Source: Desulfomonilia bacterium
GTDB taxonomy: Bacteria; Desulfobacterota; Desulfomonilia; UBA1062
Assembly (NCBI GenBank): GCA_963664325.2
Contig: CAXXDQ010000002.1
Span: forward strand, 64,001 to 128,000
Reading direction: 5' to 3'
DNA: 64,000 bases
Both the position numbers and the translations under genes were made by a program. The first letter of the stretch is position 1. Every line of letters starts with the position of its first letter. This document shows positions 50,012 through 60,757 of the stretch, in pieces. The notes beneath the pieces were generated by a model, which saw only the letters and a list, made by a program, of their open reading frames with translations, had not been told where the DNA came from and ran no database searches.

Positions 50012-51070
50012 TTACCCCAGCATTTCGATAAAGGCTTCAATCCTCGTTCTGTGCTGCCCAATTGAGCGGGTTGTACAGTCTCCTTCAAGCATGAGCATGG
50101 GGATGCCTTCTTTTTTTAGGGTCTCAATGATAAATGGAAGCCTGGCAAGATACGGATCGCAGAATTTGGCCGTGTGGCATATAACGCCGTCGGCATTGCA
50201 TGCCCGCGCCCTTTGTACGATATTAAGAGCTGCCTTTCCTGGATAGGTGTTGTCGAAGGTGCGTGCACAGGACCTTCTATTCAGAATCGAGCGTGAAAGA
50301 GAGGTATAGAGATCATCACCATCCGTGATATCTATTATCTGGAAAAGTCTTGAGCCCGTGCAGAGGTCGTCATCCACTATGCGAGCCCCGCAATCCTCGA
50401 ACAGTTCAAAGGCGTCTTTGTCCGGAAGGATATTTCCAAACAGGAAAATAGCCGGTGATTTGACTGATGTTTCTTCTGCCTTCATATCTGACAGCAGGTC
50501 CTCGATGTATTTAACGGCCTCACTGACAGGCCTGGTCGCAGCTTCGTTGAATGCAGCCTGCAATGCCGCTTGTCCGCCCTTTGACATACCGGCATGTACC
50601 TTTGCGGCAAGCTTGTTCAGGGCATTAGCGAGCCCGTTGTATTCATATACGCTTTTTAGTATGAGCTCATCTGTAATCGCTTTTCCGCTTAATATTTCAA
50701 GTTTTGCTGCCAGACGTCTGAGCTCAATTGCAAAGAATTTTATGGAAGGTTCATCCGTAATAACCGGCAGATCTATCAGGTAAGAGTTGTCAGAGCCTCG
50801 TACAACCTTCCATGCATCAGACAGTCTTCGCATGGCATCACAGCTGTTCATGAACACCATGCCTGCAATTTCGGGAAGTTCCTTTGCCATGGCCCGGTCA
50901 AGGATCCTTTTAACATGGGGGCACAGGTTGTCATGCAGGTGCAGCCCCGCCTTCTCGGGGCTCTCGGCCAGCGGCAGTACCCTGTAAGGCTGAAAGCCTG
51001 CCGCCATCAGCAGTACAAGAGGGGTGTATGCGCAGGCATATCCAATCAGCCCATTTTTATGATTGTTCAT
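50012..51070 (-). CDS. 2-hydroxyacyl-CoA dehydratase family subunit (HgdB/BcrC-like)
   Basis: YTP...AAG, NLCP, NSCDAMRR, DDLCTGSR, KFCDP and GQHRTRIEAFIE motifs; start set at ATG 51070. Confidence 0.85.
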   Translation of the reverse strand: MNNHKNGLIGYACAYTPLVLLMAAGFQPYRVLPLAESPEKAGLHLHDNLCPHVKRILDRAMAKELPEIAGMVFMNSCDAMRRLSDAWKVVRGSDNSYLIDLPVITDEPSIKFFAIELRRLAAKLEILSGKAITDELILKSVYEYNGLANALNKLAAKVHAGMSKGGQAALQAAFNEAATRPVSEAVKYIEDLLSDMKAEETSVKSPAIFLFGNILPDKDAFELFEDCGARIVDDDLCTGSRLFQIIDITDGDDLYTSLSRSILNRRSCARTFDNTYPGKAALNIVQRARACNADGVICHTAKFCDPYLARLPFIIETLKKEGIPMLMLEGDCTTRSIGQHRTRIEAFIEMLG

Positions 51071-51548
51071 CCCTGTCCTCCTCATGTACATTTGCTAAAA
51101 CCTTGCGTAGCGTGTCCTTCAGGGCCGCCATTTCGGCCTCTCCGATTCCGGCTAGCACTTTTTTCAGGATTTCATCAGCCGCCCCAGCAACCTTATCCTT
51201 GATGGTACGACCCGCGTCGGTCAGGCAAATTTTCAGTTCCCGCCTGTTGCCCGGGTCAAGCACTCGCTCAAGAAGGCCGTCCCTTTCCATCCTGTCAAGA
51301 AGGCCGGTCATCGTGGAAGGTTCCAACCCCGCCCTGCGGCCAAGTTCGGTCGCCTTAAGGCCGTCTTCATTCCACAGGCTAAGGAGTGCCCCCATATATG
51401 CCGGCTTCAATTCCGTCAGACCCGCATCTGCAAATCCCTGCTTGAACGCCGCTGTAATCGCCAGGGAGACACGGGTGATCAGGAAATAAGGGCATTCCCT
51501 GGGATTTTGAGAAAAAAACTTATAATCACAAGATTTTTTTGATCCCAT
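51057..51548 (-). CDS. MarR family regulator
   Basis: LW..DG....ELG....LEPSTMTGLLDRME..GL.ER..DP..RR...I.LT..GR pattern. Confidence 0.92.
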   Translation of the reverse strand: MGSKKSCDYKFFSQNPRECPYFLITRVSLAITAAFKQGFADAGLTELKPAYMGALLSLWNEDGLKATELGRRAGLEPSTMTGLLDRMERDGLLERVLDPGNRRELKICLTDAGRTIKDKVAGAADEILKKVLAGIGEAEMAALKDTLRKVLANVHEEDRDEQS

Positions 51549-51569
51549 ATCTCATCTCCTAATTATTGT

Positions 51570-51614
51570 TACGTAAATTACTGAAACGTATTATATTGTC
51601 AAGTAATTTACGTA
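51570..51614. promoter_or_regulatory. Inverted repeat overlapping the marR promoter, putative operator
   Basis: TACGTAAATTACT-N19-AGTAATTTACGTA perfect 13-bp arms; minus-strand TTGACA at 51597-51602. Confidence 0.6.
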
Positions 51615-51770
51615 TAAAAATAGTCTGCTGTCGCGGAAGATGTTTGTTCCAGGGTTTTCCTATTCTTTTAAGCCCTTATCCACCAGGTGAAATATGTAAA
51701 TAAGGATTTGCTTCTTGATAGAGGCCGGCTTTTGGCTTAGTGTCAGGATACATCCATCCAGGAGGTATTC

Positions 51771-52775
51771 ATGATTGGTGTAGTTTCCGATCTTGTTTTT
51801 ATGAACCACGACACCGGTGAAAATCATCCGGAAACACTTTACCGTATCCCGTATATCAATTCGCTGTTTTCGCCCCCAGGCCCCGGTATTTTAATGGTTG
51901 AGCCTATGGCCGCAGGAGTCGACGATATTCACCTCAACCATTCAAAAGACTATATAGAGCTCATAAAAAGAAGCTGCGCCCGCGGCAGCGGATACCTTGA
52001 CCCTGATACGGCTTATTCGACAGGTTCTTTCGAAACAGCCCTGAAGGCAGCAGGCAGCCTGATCAAGCTTGTCGATATGGCGCTGAAGAAAGAGATAAAA
52101 AGCGGTTTTGCGTTTGTGAGGCCCCCGGGGCATCACAGCCTTTATGACAGGGCGATGGGTTTCTGCCTGTTCAATAATGTGGCTATTGCAGCCCGAAAGG
52201 CAAAGGCAGAATTCGGCATCGAAAAAGTAATGATAATCGATTTTGACGTTCATCATGGAAACGGCACACAGGACAGCTTTTATGATGATGATTCTGTGCT
52301 GTATTTCTCGAGTCACCAGTATCCCTATTATCCCGGCACGGGGGGGCTTAGGGAAACCGGATGCGGTAAAGGAGAAGGTTTTACAGTCAACTGCCCGCTT
52401 GGTTACGGTAAGACCGATGGTGAATTTGCCTCTGTTTACAGTTATGTCCTTGCCCCTGTACTTAAGGCCTTTAAACCTGACCTTGTTCTCGTATCAGCGG
52501 GGTTTGACGCGCATATGCTCGATCCTATCGGCGGGATGCAGATTACAAGCGAAGGTTTTGGTATGCTTGCGGGAATCATCATGGATGCGGCGGCTCTCGT
52601 CTGCGCCCCTGTAGTTTACGTGCTTGAAGGCGGATACAGCCTGGAGGGTCAGAAGGAATCCGCTTCGGAGTTAATAAATGTTTTAAAGGGAGAACAACCC
52701 CCGGATATAATGCCAGAGGAATGCAGTGAACTCGACGGAATTATCGCCCAGCATAAAAATTACTGGCCTTTATAG
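51771..52775 (+). CDS. Histone deacetylase family protein (AcuC/AphA-like)
   Basis: HPE, RPPGHH, GFCLFNN, DFDVHHGNGTQ, SAGFD and LEGGY motifs. Confidence 0.94.
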   Translation: MIGVVSDLVFMNHDTGENHPETLYRIPYINSLFSPPGPGILMVEPMAAGVDDIHLNHSKDYIELIKRSCARGSGYLDPDTAYSTGSFETALKAAGSLIKLVDMALKKEIKSGFAFVRPPGHHSLYDRAMGFCLFNNVAIAARKAKAEFGIEKVMIIDFDVHHGNGTQDSFYDDDSVLYFSSHQYPYYPGTGGLRETGCGKGEGFTVNCPLGYGKTDGEFASVYSYVLAPVLKAFKPDLVLVSAGFDAHMLDPIGGMQITSEGFGMLAGIIMDAAALVCAPVVYVLEGGYSLEGQKESASELINVLKGEQPPDIMPEECSELDGIIAQHKNYWPL

Positions 52776-52818
52776 TTAATAGTAAAGTTTTTTTACTATA
52801 GTGCCGACAACTCCCTTT

Positions 52819-53550
52819 ATGCCGGAAACCAACTATATCCAGGCCATTGAAGTAAAGGAATACCAGCCGGGTGAGATCATCGTCAAGGAGGGTGACTCCA
52901 ACGAAAATTTCTATGTAATCCTGGGCGGTGAAGTGCGTATAAGCCAGCTTAACAAGACCATCAGGCTGCTTTCGGACCATGACGTATTCGGGCTCGAAAA
53001 TTATTTCAGGGGAAACAATTACAGCACCACCGCCAGGGCCAGGAAGACTTCTAGAATAGCCACCTACAAATGTGAGCATATCGAAGAGATAGCATACACA
53101 AACCCTTCACTTATTTCTATAATACTCCAGTCCGCCTACACGCAGCTAGAACAGACAACATCGATAGCGGAAGCCAACATCCCGTACACTGAGGTGATAA
53201 ATCTCGATGTACGTGAATATGCCGATGGTGACGTGATAATTGATGAAGACACATTCGGCACTGAAATATTCAGGCTCACACAGACCGAGGGTGGGCTCGA
53301 TGTATTGAAGAAGGGCCGGTCAATCGCAGTCATCAGCAGGGCAGGGGAATACTTCGGCGAGATGAGCTTCATACTGGGCGAACCTAGAAGTGCGACTATC
53401 CGTTCAATCGGAAGGAGTGTTGTCGAGGTCATGTCCGTAGAAGACGGCGGTTTTGAAAAGATAATCCACGAAAACCCAGAAATCGCCGATAAGATTATCA
53501 GCGGCCTTGCCAAACGCCTCAAGGAGGCAAACCTTAAACTTGTGAAATAA
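52819..53550 (+). CDS. Tandem cyclic-nucleotide-binding domain protein
   Basis: Two cNMP folds (GEIIVKEGD...FYVI..GEV...FG and FGEMSFI...RSAT); no helix-turn-helix; start uncertain (52801 or 52819). Confidence 0.8.
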   Translation: MPETNYIQAIEVKEYQPGEIIVKEGDSNENFYVILGGEVRISQLNKTIRLLSDHDVFGLENYFRGNNYSTTARARKTSRIATYKCEHIEEIAYTNPSLISIILQSAYTQLEQTTSIAEANIPYTEVINLDVREYADGDVIIDEDTFGTEIFRLTQTEGGLDVLKKGRSIAVISRAGEYFGEMSFILGEPRSATIRSIGRSVVEVMSVEDGGFEKIIHENPEIADKIISGLAKRLKEANLKLVK

Positions 53551-53663
53551 ATATGCTGTTAAACTGGTGGCATATGACAGCTAACACGGCGCCGGCCTTT
53601 TCAATGGGTTCTCAGGTTTCATCGTAGAGCACACTTTCAATCGGTTTCTTGGTGGAATTTTAA

Positions 53664-53708
53664 CTAAAACAAGCTGATAGGCATGGTCTTTCCCATACCC
53701 GTCAGCTC
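53664..53708 (-). terminator. Hairpin downstream of sppA, probable terminator
   Basis: Minus strand GAGCTGACGGGTATGG-GAAAGA-CCATGCCTATCAGCTT followed by GTTTTAG. Confidence 0.5.
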
Positions 53709-53725
53709 AATATCTGATTATACTG

Positions 53726-54610
53726 TCACGGCCAGGAATAAAATCCGCCTATCCTCTCACCGTCCCTGCGATATACTACAACTGTCGGATTTGTAATCCC
53801 GGTAAGCTTTTCAACCGATTTGACTGCATTTTCATAATAACCCACTTCATCTATAACGTGATAGTTCATGGCCGTATTGGCTGCCATGATCCTTCCGTCG
53901 CCGACTATTTTAATATCGGCTTCCGTCATGGCGGGTCTGTTCTTTTTAACCTTGGTAATGAAATCTGCATACATTTCATCAACTATTGACTTGTAAATGG
54001 CCTTTTCATCTTCGGTCATATCTTTCTTCGGTGAACCTGCAACCTTGTATTTACCTGAAGCTATTGTCTCATCACGCACGCCCAGTGTATCCATGAGGCC
54101 CTGGAAGCTTATGAAGGGAATAAACACACCGACATTTCCCACCATCGAAGTCGGCAATGCCACAATCCTGTCAGCAGATAGGGCTATCATATATGCTCCT
54201 GATGCGCCCATGTTCGTTATGCAGGCAACAACAGGAATTTTCTTTGTGGTCTTGAACTCCACTATCCTCCTGTATACAAGATCGGATGCCGTTACCGAAC
54301 CGCCGGGAGAGTCGATCTTGAGTATCAGGGCCTTTATGCTTGGGTCCTTGCCTGCAATATTCAGTATGCTGTCCAGGCGCTCAAGTGTGCCTTCCTGGGC
54401 AGTGAACATCTGCTTCATGCCGGTGGTAGTTATGATCCCCAGAATTTCCACAACAAGGACTTTGCTGTCAGTGCCTTTGTTGAGTACCCTTTCCTGCATG
54501 TTGGGAACCCGCATAAGACTCATGAGGTCAATTGAAACGAATGCGCAACCTCCAAGGGTCAATAGTATCAGTATAAATAAAACCGGCAGAAAAACTTTTC
54601 TATTTATCAT
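53726..54610 (-). CDS. sppA: Signal peptide peptidase SppA (S49, short form, lipoprotein)
   Basis: LGGC lipobox; IDSPGGSV, GASGAY and SGKYK motifs. Confidence 0.92.
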   Translation of the reverse strand: MINRKVFLPVLFILILLTLGGCAFVSIDLMSLMRVPNMQERVLNKGTDSKVLVVEILGIITTTGMKQMFTAQEGTLERLDSILNIAGKDPSIKALILKIDSPGGSVTASDLVYRRIVEFKTTKKIPVVACITNMGASGAYMIALSADRIVALPTSMVGNVGVFIPFISFQGLMDTLGVRDETIASGKYKVAGSPKKDMTEDEKAIYKSIVDEMYADFITKVKKNRPAMTEADIKIVGDGRIMAANTAMNYHVIDEVGYYENAVKSVEKLTGITNPTVVVYRRDGERIGGFYSWP

Positions 54611-56021
54611 GTATTTTACCTCCTACGGTAATCTCGGGTATTAAAAGTGTGGGCTGCGCATCTCCGACAGGCACACCCTGTCCGTCCTTGCCGCAAGTGC
54701 CTATGCCCCAGCCCAGATCGCTGCCGATATGTTCGATCGAGAGCAGTATCTTGGGACCGTTTCCTATGAGTGTTGCCCCTCTGATGGCCTCTCCGATTTG
54801 GCCCCTCTCAATCAGGTAACCTTCGGAAACTTCAAATACGAAATCTCCTGTTACGGGATTCACCTGTCCACCGCCCATCTTTTTTACATATAGACCCGTC
54901 TCGACCATTCTGACAATATCATTAGGCGTCTCTTTTCCGGGCGCAATTATCGTATTAGTCATCCTGGGAACCGGCCTGTGCCTGAACGATTCTCTCCTGC
55001 CGTTCCCGGTGGGTTTGAGGTTATATTTTGAAGCAGTGATCAGGTCGGTCATATATGATTTGAGTATCCCGTTTTCCACAAGGACGGTCCTTTCGGAAAG
55101 TGTCCCTTCGTCGTCGCACCCGATGCTTCCCCTCCTGCCTGGCAAAGTGCCGTCGTCTATTACGGTTATTGCGCTTGAAGCCACCTGCTCGCCGAGCCTC
55201 CCAGAATAAACCGAAAGCCCCTGGCCGGCGAAATCGGCTTCAAGCCCGTGCCCGATTGCCTCGTGCACCATTGTGCCACCGGCATCACTTGAAAGCACCA
55301 CCGGCATCAGCCCTGCCGGGGCATTCCGGGCGGAAAGGGACTGCGTTGCACGCATCAGTGCTATTTCAGCAATATTTTCAGGCCTGGTTTCCTCAAATAT
55401 CTCAAAACCGCGCGTGCCGCCTAAAGGTTCATATCCTGTTTCCATGATGCGTCCGTCGGAAACCACGCACTGTACAACAAAAATGGTCGAGCAGATATTA
55501 TCCTTGCAGGTAAACCCGCTGGAGTTAGCAATAAAGACCTGTCTGTGCGAATCGGAATACATGACTCTGACCTGGACAACCCTGCTGTCATTCTTCCACG
55601 CATACTCCTCAGCGCTTTTTACAAGAATGATCTTTTTCTCAGGGGCGACCGACGATGAAAGTATATTTGCTTTTGTCACCTGTTCCGCTGTCCTTTTCCT
55701 AAGGGAAACGACACGGCCTTTCTCTCCGCTTTTTATAGATTGGGCGACGGTTGAGGCCAGATCGGTAAGGTTGCTGATGTCATTGGTGTATGCATAGGCG
55801 CTTGCTTCCTTGTTCACTACTCTTATTCCTATACCGAAATCATTCGTCAGATTAAACTTCTCAATCCTTTTCGCCTCGGATGAAATAACGGTCCCTGTCT
55901 TTTTTTCAGCAAAAATTTCAGAAAAATCGCCTCCACCTGAAAGTGCCATTGTCAGGATTTTTTTAACATCAATATGTTCTATTTCATCAAATGCATTCAC
56001 AATCTTTCTATCTCCCGACAT
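54600..56021 (-). CDS. tldD: TldD metalloprotease
   Basis: HEAIGHGLEAD, DDEG, GNGRRES, PRMTNT and CGKDGQGVPV motifs. Confidence 0.93.
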   Translation of the reverse strand: MSGDRKIVNAFDEIEHIDVKKILTMALSGGGDFSEIFAEKKTGTVISSEAKRIEKFNLTNDFGIGIRVVNKEASAYAYTNDISNLTDLASTVAQSIKSGEKGRVVSLRKRTAEQVTKANILSSSVAPEKKIILVKSAEEYAWKNDSRVVQVRVMYSDSHRQVFIANSSGFTCKDNICSTIFVVQCVVSDGRIMETGYEPLGGTRGFEIFEETRPENIAEIALMRATQSLSARNAPAGLMPVVLSSDAGGTMVHEAIGHGLEADFAGQGLSVYSGRLGEQVASSAITVIDDGTLPGRRGSIGCDDEGTLSERTVLVENGILKSYMTDLITASKYNLKPTGNGRRESFRHRPVPRMTNTIIAPGKETPNDIVRMVETGLYVKKMGGGQVNPVTGDFVFEVSEGYLIERGQIGEAIRGATLIGNGPKILLSIEHIGSDLGWGIGTCGKDGQGVPVGDAQPTLLIPEITVGGKIHDK

Positions 56022-56475
56022 TTTTCAGCTCCCTCTGCATATCCCGTTTTACGTCCCTTTCCTTGATCTCATGCTTCTTATCCGGCGCCGTTTTGCCTTT
56101 TGCCAGCCCCAGTTCAACCTTTATGCGGCTTCCCTTGAGGTAGATGGACAATGGAACAAGGGTAAGTCCTTTTTCCTTGACCTTGCCTGAAAGCCTCAGT
56201 ATCTCCCGCTTGTGAAGCAGGAGTTTCCTGGGCGCCCTGGGGTCATGGTTAAATATGTTTGCCTGTATATACGGATTGACATGCAGGTTTAAAAGGATCA
56301 TCTCGCCGTTTCTTACTATTGCATAGCAGTCCTTCATGCTTGCTCCGCCCTGTCTTAAAGACTTGACTTCCGAACCGGACAGGACGATGCCTGTTTCATA
56401 GGTTTCACTGATTTCATAAGAGAACTTCGCCTTTGAATTGTGGCAGAGCGTCTTTGTCTTAATCTCCTGTTTCAA
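56008..56475 (-). CDS. smpB: SsrA-binding protein
   Basis: GIVLSGSEVKSLR, NHDP..PRKLLLHKREI, KGLTLVPL and AKGK...DK motifs. Confidence 0.96.
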   Translation of the reverse strand: MKQEIKTKTLCHNSKAKFSYEISETYETGIVLSGSEVKSLRQGGASMKDCYAIVRNGEMILLNLHVNPYIQANIFNHDPRAPRKLLLHKREILRLSGKVKEKGLTLVPLSIYLKGSRIKVELGLAKGKTAPDKKHEIKERDVKRDMQRELKNVGR

Positions 56476-56548
56476 TTGGGCGTTCCTTTATTCAGGGTAT
56501 CATTGTATTCTTTAAAGAAAATTATTTAATCTTCTTTTGTATAAAAAT

Positions 56549-58318
56549 TTAGTCGAGAACAGTCTCAAAATCCGAATGCCTTTTGTATTCGTCAAAGATG
56601 AAAGCCTGGATTTCTTCCGCAGTCTTCATGCCCAGCAGGTGATCAACGACATTTGCACAGTTCGCAAGGTCGATTTTTCTTATCATTTCTTTGATATGGG
56701 AAATTGCGAAGGCATTCGTTGAGAACTGGTCAATGCCCATTCCCAGAAGAATCGGCGTATAGATAGTCCTTCCAGCCATTTCACCACACATCGAAACTGT
56801 TATGCCCGCCTGGTGTGCACAGTCAACTATGTATTTGATGAGCCTCAGAACAGCCGGGTGAAGCGGGTCATAAAGGTAGTTTACATATTCGTTTCCTCTA
56901 TCGATTGCTATTGAATACTGGATAAGATCATTGGTGCCTATGGAAAAGAAATCAACTTCCTTCGCCAGAAGGTCGGCTATTATCGCGGCGGACGGCACTT
57001 CTACCATTATGCCGATTTCAATATCTTCGTCAAAGGGAATCCCTTTCCTTTTGAAATCATGTTTGATCTTTTCAAGAATTTCCTTCGCCCTGTGGAGTTC
57101 TTCAATACCGGAAATCATAGGAAACATGATTGATGTGTTCCCATAGTTGCTGGCCCTTAAAATACCCCTAAGCTGTGTTTTGAAGAGTTCAGGCTCCTTA
57201 AGGCAGAGTCTTATCGCTCTCAAACCCATTGCAGGATTTGTTTCTTTTTTTATATCCCCAAGATGTGAATTAAGCTTGTCTCCGCCCAGATCCAGTGTCC
57301 TAATTATTGTCTGATAGGGGGAAACCGTTTCAACTACGGCCTTATATGCCTGGAAATGCTCTTCCTCGGTGGGTATGATTTCACGGTTGATATATAAAAA
57401 TTCGGTCCTGTACAGGCCGATCCCCTCTGCTCCATGGTCAAGGACAGTCTTTACCTCTTCCTTGAATTCGAGATTCCCAAGGACACTGACTCTGGTCCCA
57501 TCCAGTGTTATTGCCGGTTCCTTGGCCTTTTCCTGCAATTTCATTTCGAGAGTAAGATGTGACCTTGCCCTCTGTTGGTAATCAGATATCTGGTTATCAG
57601 TCGGATTAACGATAACCACTCCGGAAATGCCGTCAAGTATGAGCCTGTCGCCGGGATTGATGGATGTCGATGCCTTCTCAAGCCCTACAACTGCAGGGAT
57701 TTCAAGTGAATGGGCAATTATTGCAGTATGCGATGTCTGTCCGCCGACGTCTGTTGCGAATCCTAAAACCATATCCTTATTCAGCATTGCCGTATCAGCC
57801 GGAGAGAGGTCATGCGCAATGATTATGCTTCTGTCAATCAGGTGAAATCCCTTGATCTCCCGTCCTATAAGGTTCATCATGATGCGTTCACCGACAAAAT
57901 TTGTATCCGCAACCCTGCTTCTGATGTAATCGTCTCCTATCGAGGCAAAACTTTCTTCAATATCCTGAAGTGCAATTTTCAGTGCCCATTCGGCATTTAT
58001 AAGGTTTTTTCTGACAAATTTTTTAACCCTCTCGGTAAGTGAGGGGTCACTCAGCATCATCAGGTGAGTCTCCAGAATAAAGGCGTGATCCTTGACCGTA
58101 TTATGGGATTCAAGCTTCTTTTTCGCTTCCTCGATCTGTCTGTATGAGGCCTCTACAGCATTATCAAAACGCTTGATTTCATCTTCGACAAGACCTTCCG
58201 TTATACGTATTTTCGGATAGCGCTCAATGGCCTTCCTGTCAATTATTACTGCATTACCGATGGCTATACCCGCTGAGGCAGCCACACCGTGAAGTATGTG
58301 TACATGATGCTGTTTCAC
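56549..58318 (-). CDS. ptsI: PTS enzyme I
   Basis: GGQTSHTAI phospho-His site; GLYRTEFL, RTLDLGGDK, MVEVP, SIGTNDLIQY and CGEMAG motifs. Confidence 0.96.
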   Translation of the reverse strand: MKQHHVHILHGVAASAGIAIGNAVIIDRKAIERYPKIRITEGLVEDEIKRFDNAVEASYRQIEEAKKKLESHNTVKDHAFILETHLMMLSDPSLTERVKKFVRKNLINAEWALKIALQDIEESFASIGDDYIRSRVADTNFVGERIMMNLIGREIKGFHLIDRSIIIAHDLSPADTAMLNKDMVLGFATDVGGQTSHTAIIAHSLEIPAVVGLEKASTSINPGDRLILDGISGVVIVNPTDNQISDYQQRARSHLTLEMKLQEKAKEPAITLDGTRVSVLGNLEFKEEVKTVLDHGAEGIGLYRTEFLYINREIIPTEEEHFQAYKAVVETVSPYQTIIRTLDLGGDKLNSHLGDIKKETNPAMGLRAIRLCLKEPELFKTQLRGILRASNYGNTSIMFPMISGIEELHRAKEILEKIKHDFKRKGIPFDEDIEIGIMVEVPSAAIIADLLAKEVDFFSIGTNDLIQYSIAIDRGNEYVNYLYDPLHPAVLRLIKYIVDCAHQAGITVSMCGEMAGRTIYTPILLGMGIDQFSTNAFAISHIKEMIRKIDLANCANVVDHLLGMKTAEEIQAFIFDEYKRHSDFETVLD

Positions 58319-58584
58319 AATAATTCTCCGAATCCTTCTTTTACAAGTTTTGAGAGGGCAGATAATGCCATGTCTTCGTCTTCACCTGATGCACTGATTG
58401 TGATCTCGGTACCCATGGCCGCAGATATGGTAAGAAGCTCCATGATGCTCTTGCCGTCTGCCTTGACATGATCTTTTGCAACCTCAATCTTTGATATGAA
58501 CGCTGCGGCTGTCTTGGCAAAACTTGCCGCAGACCTGGCATGCATGCCAAGTTTATTCGGTATTATAATTTTTTCCTGTCTCAT
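58315..58584 (-). CDS. ptsH: Phosphocarrier protein HPr
   Basis: NKLGMHARSA (His15) and DGKSIMELL (Ser46) motifs. Confidence 0.95.
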   Translation of the reverse strand: MRQEKIIIPNKLGMHARSAASFAKTAAAFISKIEVAKDHVKADGKSIMELLTISAAMGTEITISASGEDEDMALSALSKLVKEGFGELL

Positions 58585-59318
58585 ATCTTTATAATCGTCA
58601 TTATCAGTATAAGTATAAACAGCCCATAAAAAATTAATAGAAAATCCATCTTTTTGTAAAAAGCAAGCATACTTATTAAAAATGCCGGTATTGCTATATA
58701 ATATTCAGCCTTGAGACTGCCGGGTGCAAAAACAATACAGACCCCGCATAAAAAGGGTATCAAAAGTGATATCATGCCTGATCTCTCGATCGAAATCGCC
58801 CTTCCCACAGAGAGCGCTCCCTGAGGGCCGTACTTGTATCCCTGCCAGAAACCCCAGCCCATTATCCAGAAATGGATCATATTGTAGATTAGGAGCACAA
58901 TAAGTATTCCCCAGAGCCAGCTGGCAAGTCCTGAAATGAGACATAAAAGGCATACAATAGGTTTAAGTGCTGCCCAGAAAAAATTGTCTCCAAGAGCGGC
59001 CAGTGCAGATGATACCGAGGGCAGAACCCTGATCACATCATTTGAATTGCCGTTTTCTACAAGGTTCAGATAAATGCCTTCGACCGGAGGTGCCATATAG
59101 GGCTGTGTATTGAAATGCCTGCTGCCAAGATCTGTTTTAATTTGCGGGTTTTCTTTATGAAAGGCCCTGATCCCCGGTGCGATTGAAAAGATAAATCCAA
59201 TATACTGCATGTTCTTGAATGTCCACGCACCCTGAATAAACAGAGAACGGAAAAGTATGTTTGATATGGTTTTTATCGGCAGTCCCACAATGAATACAGA
59301 CCTACCACAAGCCTGCAA
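58581..59318 (-). CDS. PTS mannose/fructose/sorbose family IID component (short)
   Basis: Q..W....MQ.IGF, FNTQPY and LAALGDNFFW..LKP motifs; true start uncertain (possibly GTG at 59288). Confidence 0.8.
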   Translation of the reverse strand: MQACGRSVFIVGLPIKTISNILFRSLFIQGAWTFKNMQYIGFIFSIAPGIRAFHKENPQIKTDLGSRHFNTQPYMAPPVEGIYLNLVENGNSNDVIRVLPSVSSALAALGDNFFWAALKPIVCLLCLISGLASWLWGILIVLLIYNMIHFWIMGWGFWQGYKYGPQGALSVGRAISIERSGMISLLIPFLCGVCIVFAPGSLKAEYYIAIPAFLISMLAFYKKMDFLLIFYGLFILILIMTIIKI

Positions 59319-59397
59319 GCCGCGTCAATGAAGTCACCTGAAGCTTGACGGTTGACATTTGTTTGACCCGCGTTTAGCGTGAATTAATATTATTTAA

Positions 59398-60753
<1,356 letters not shown>

Positions 60754-60757
60754 GGCT

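Noticed and set aside
36231-53550. Genomic island integrated at selC
   Set aside because: The content is accessory-like, but I found no integrase and no duplicated selC 3' end by eye.
53551-53663. tmRNA or 6S RNA near smpB, with weak direct repeats TTTCAAT.GGTT
   Set aside because: The gap is too short for tmRNA, has no tRNA-like ends, and I could not build a 6S-like rod.
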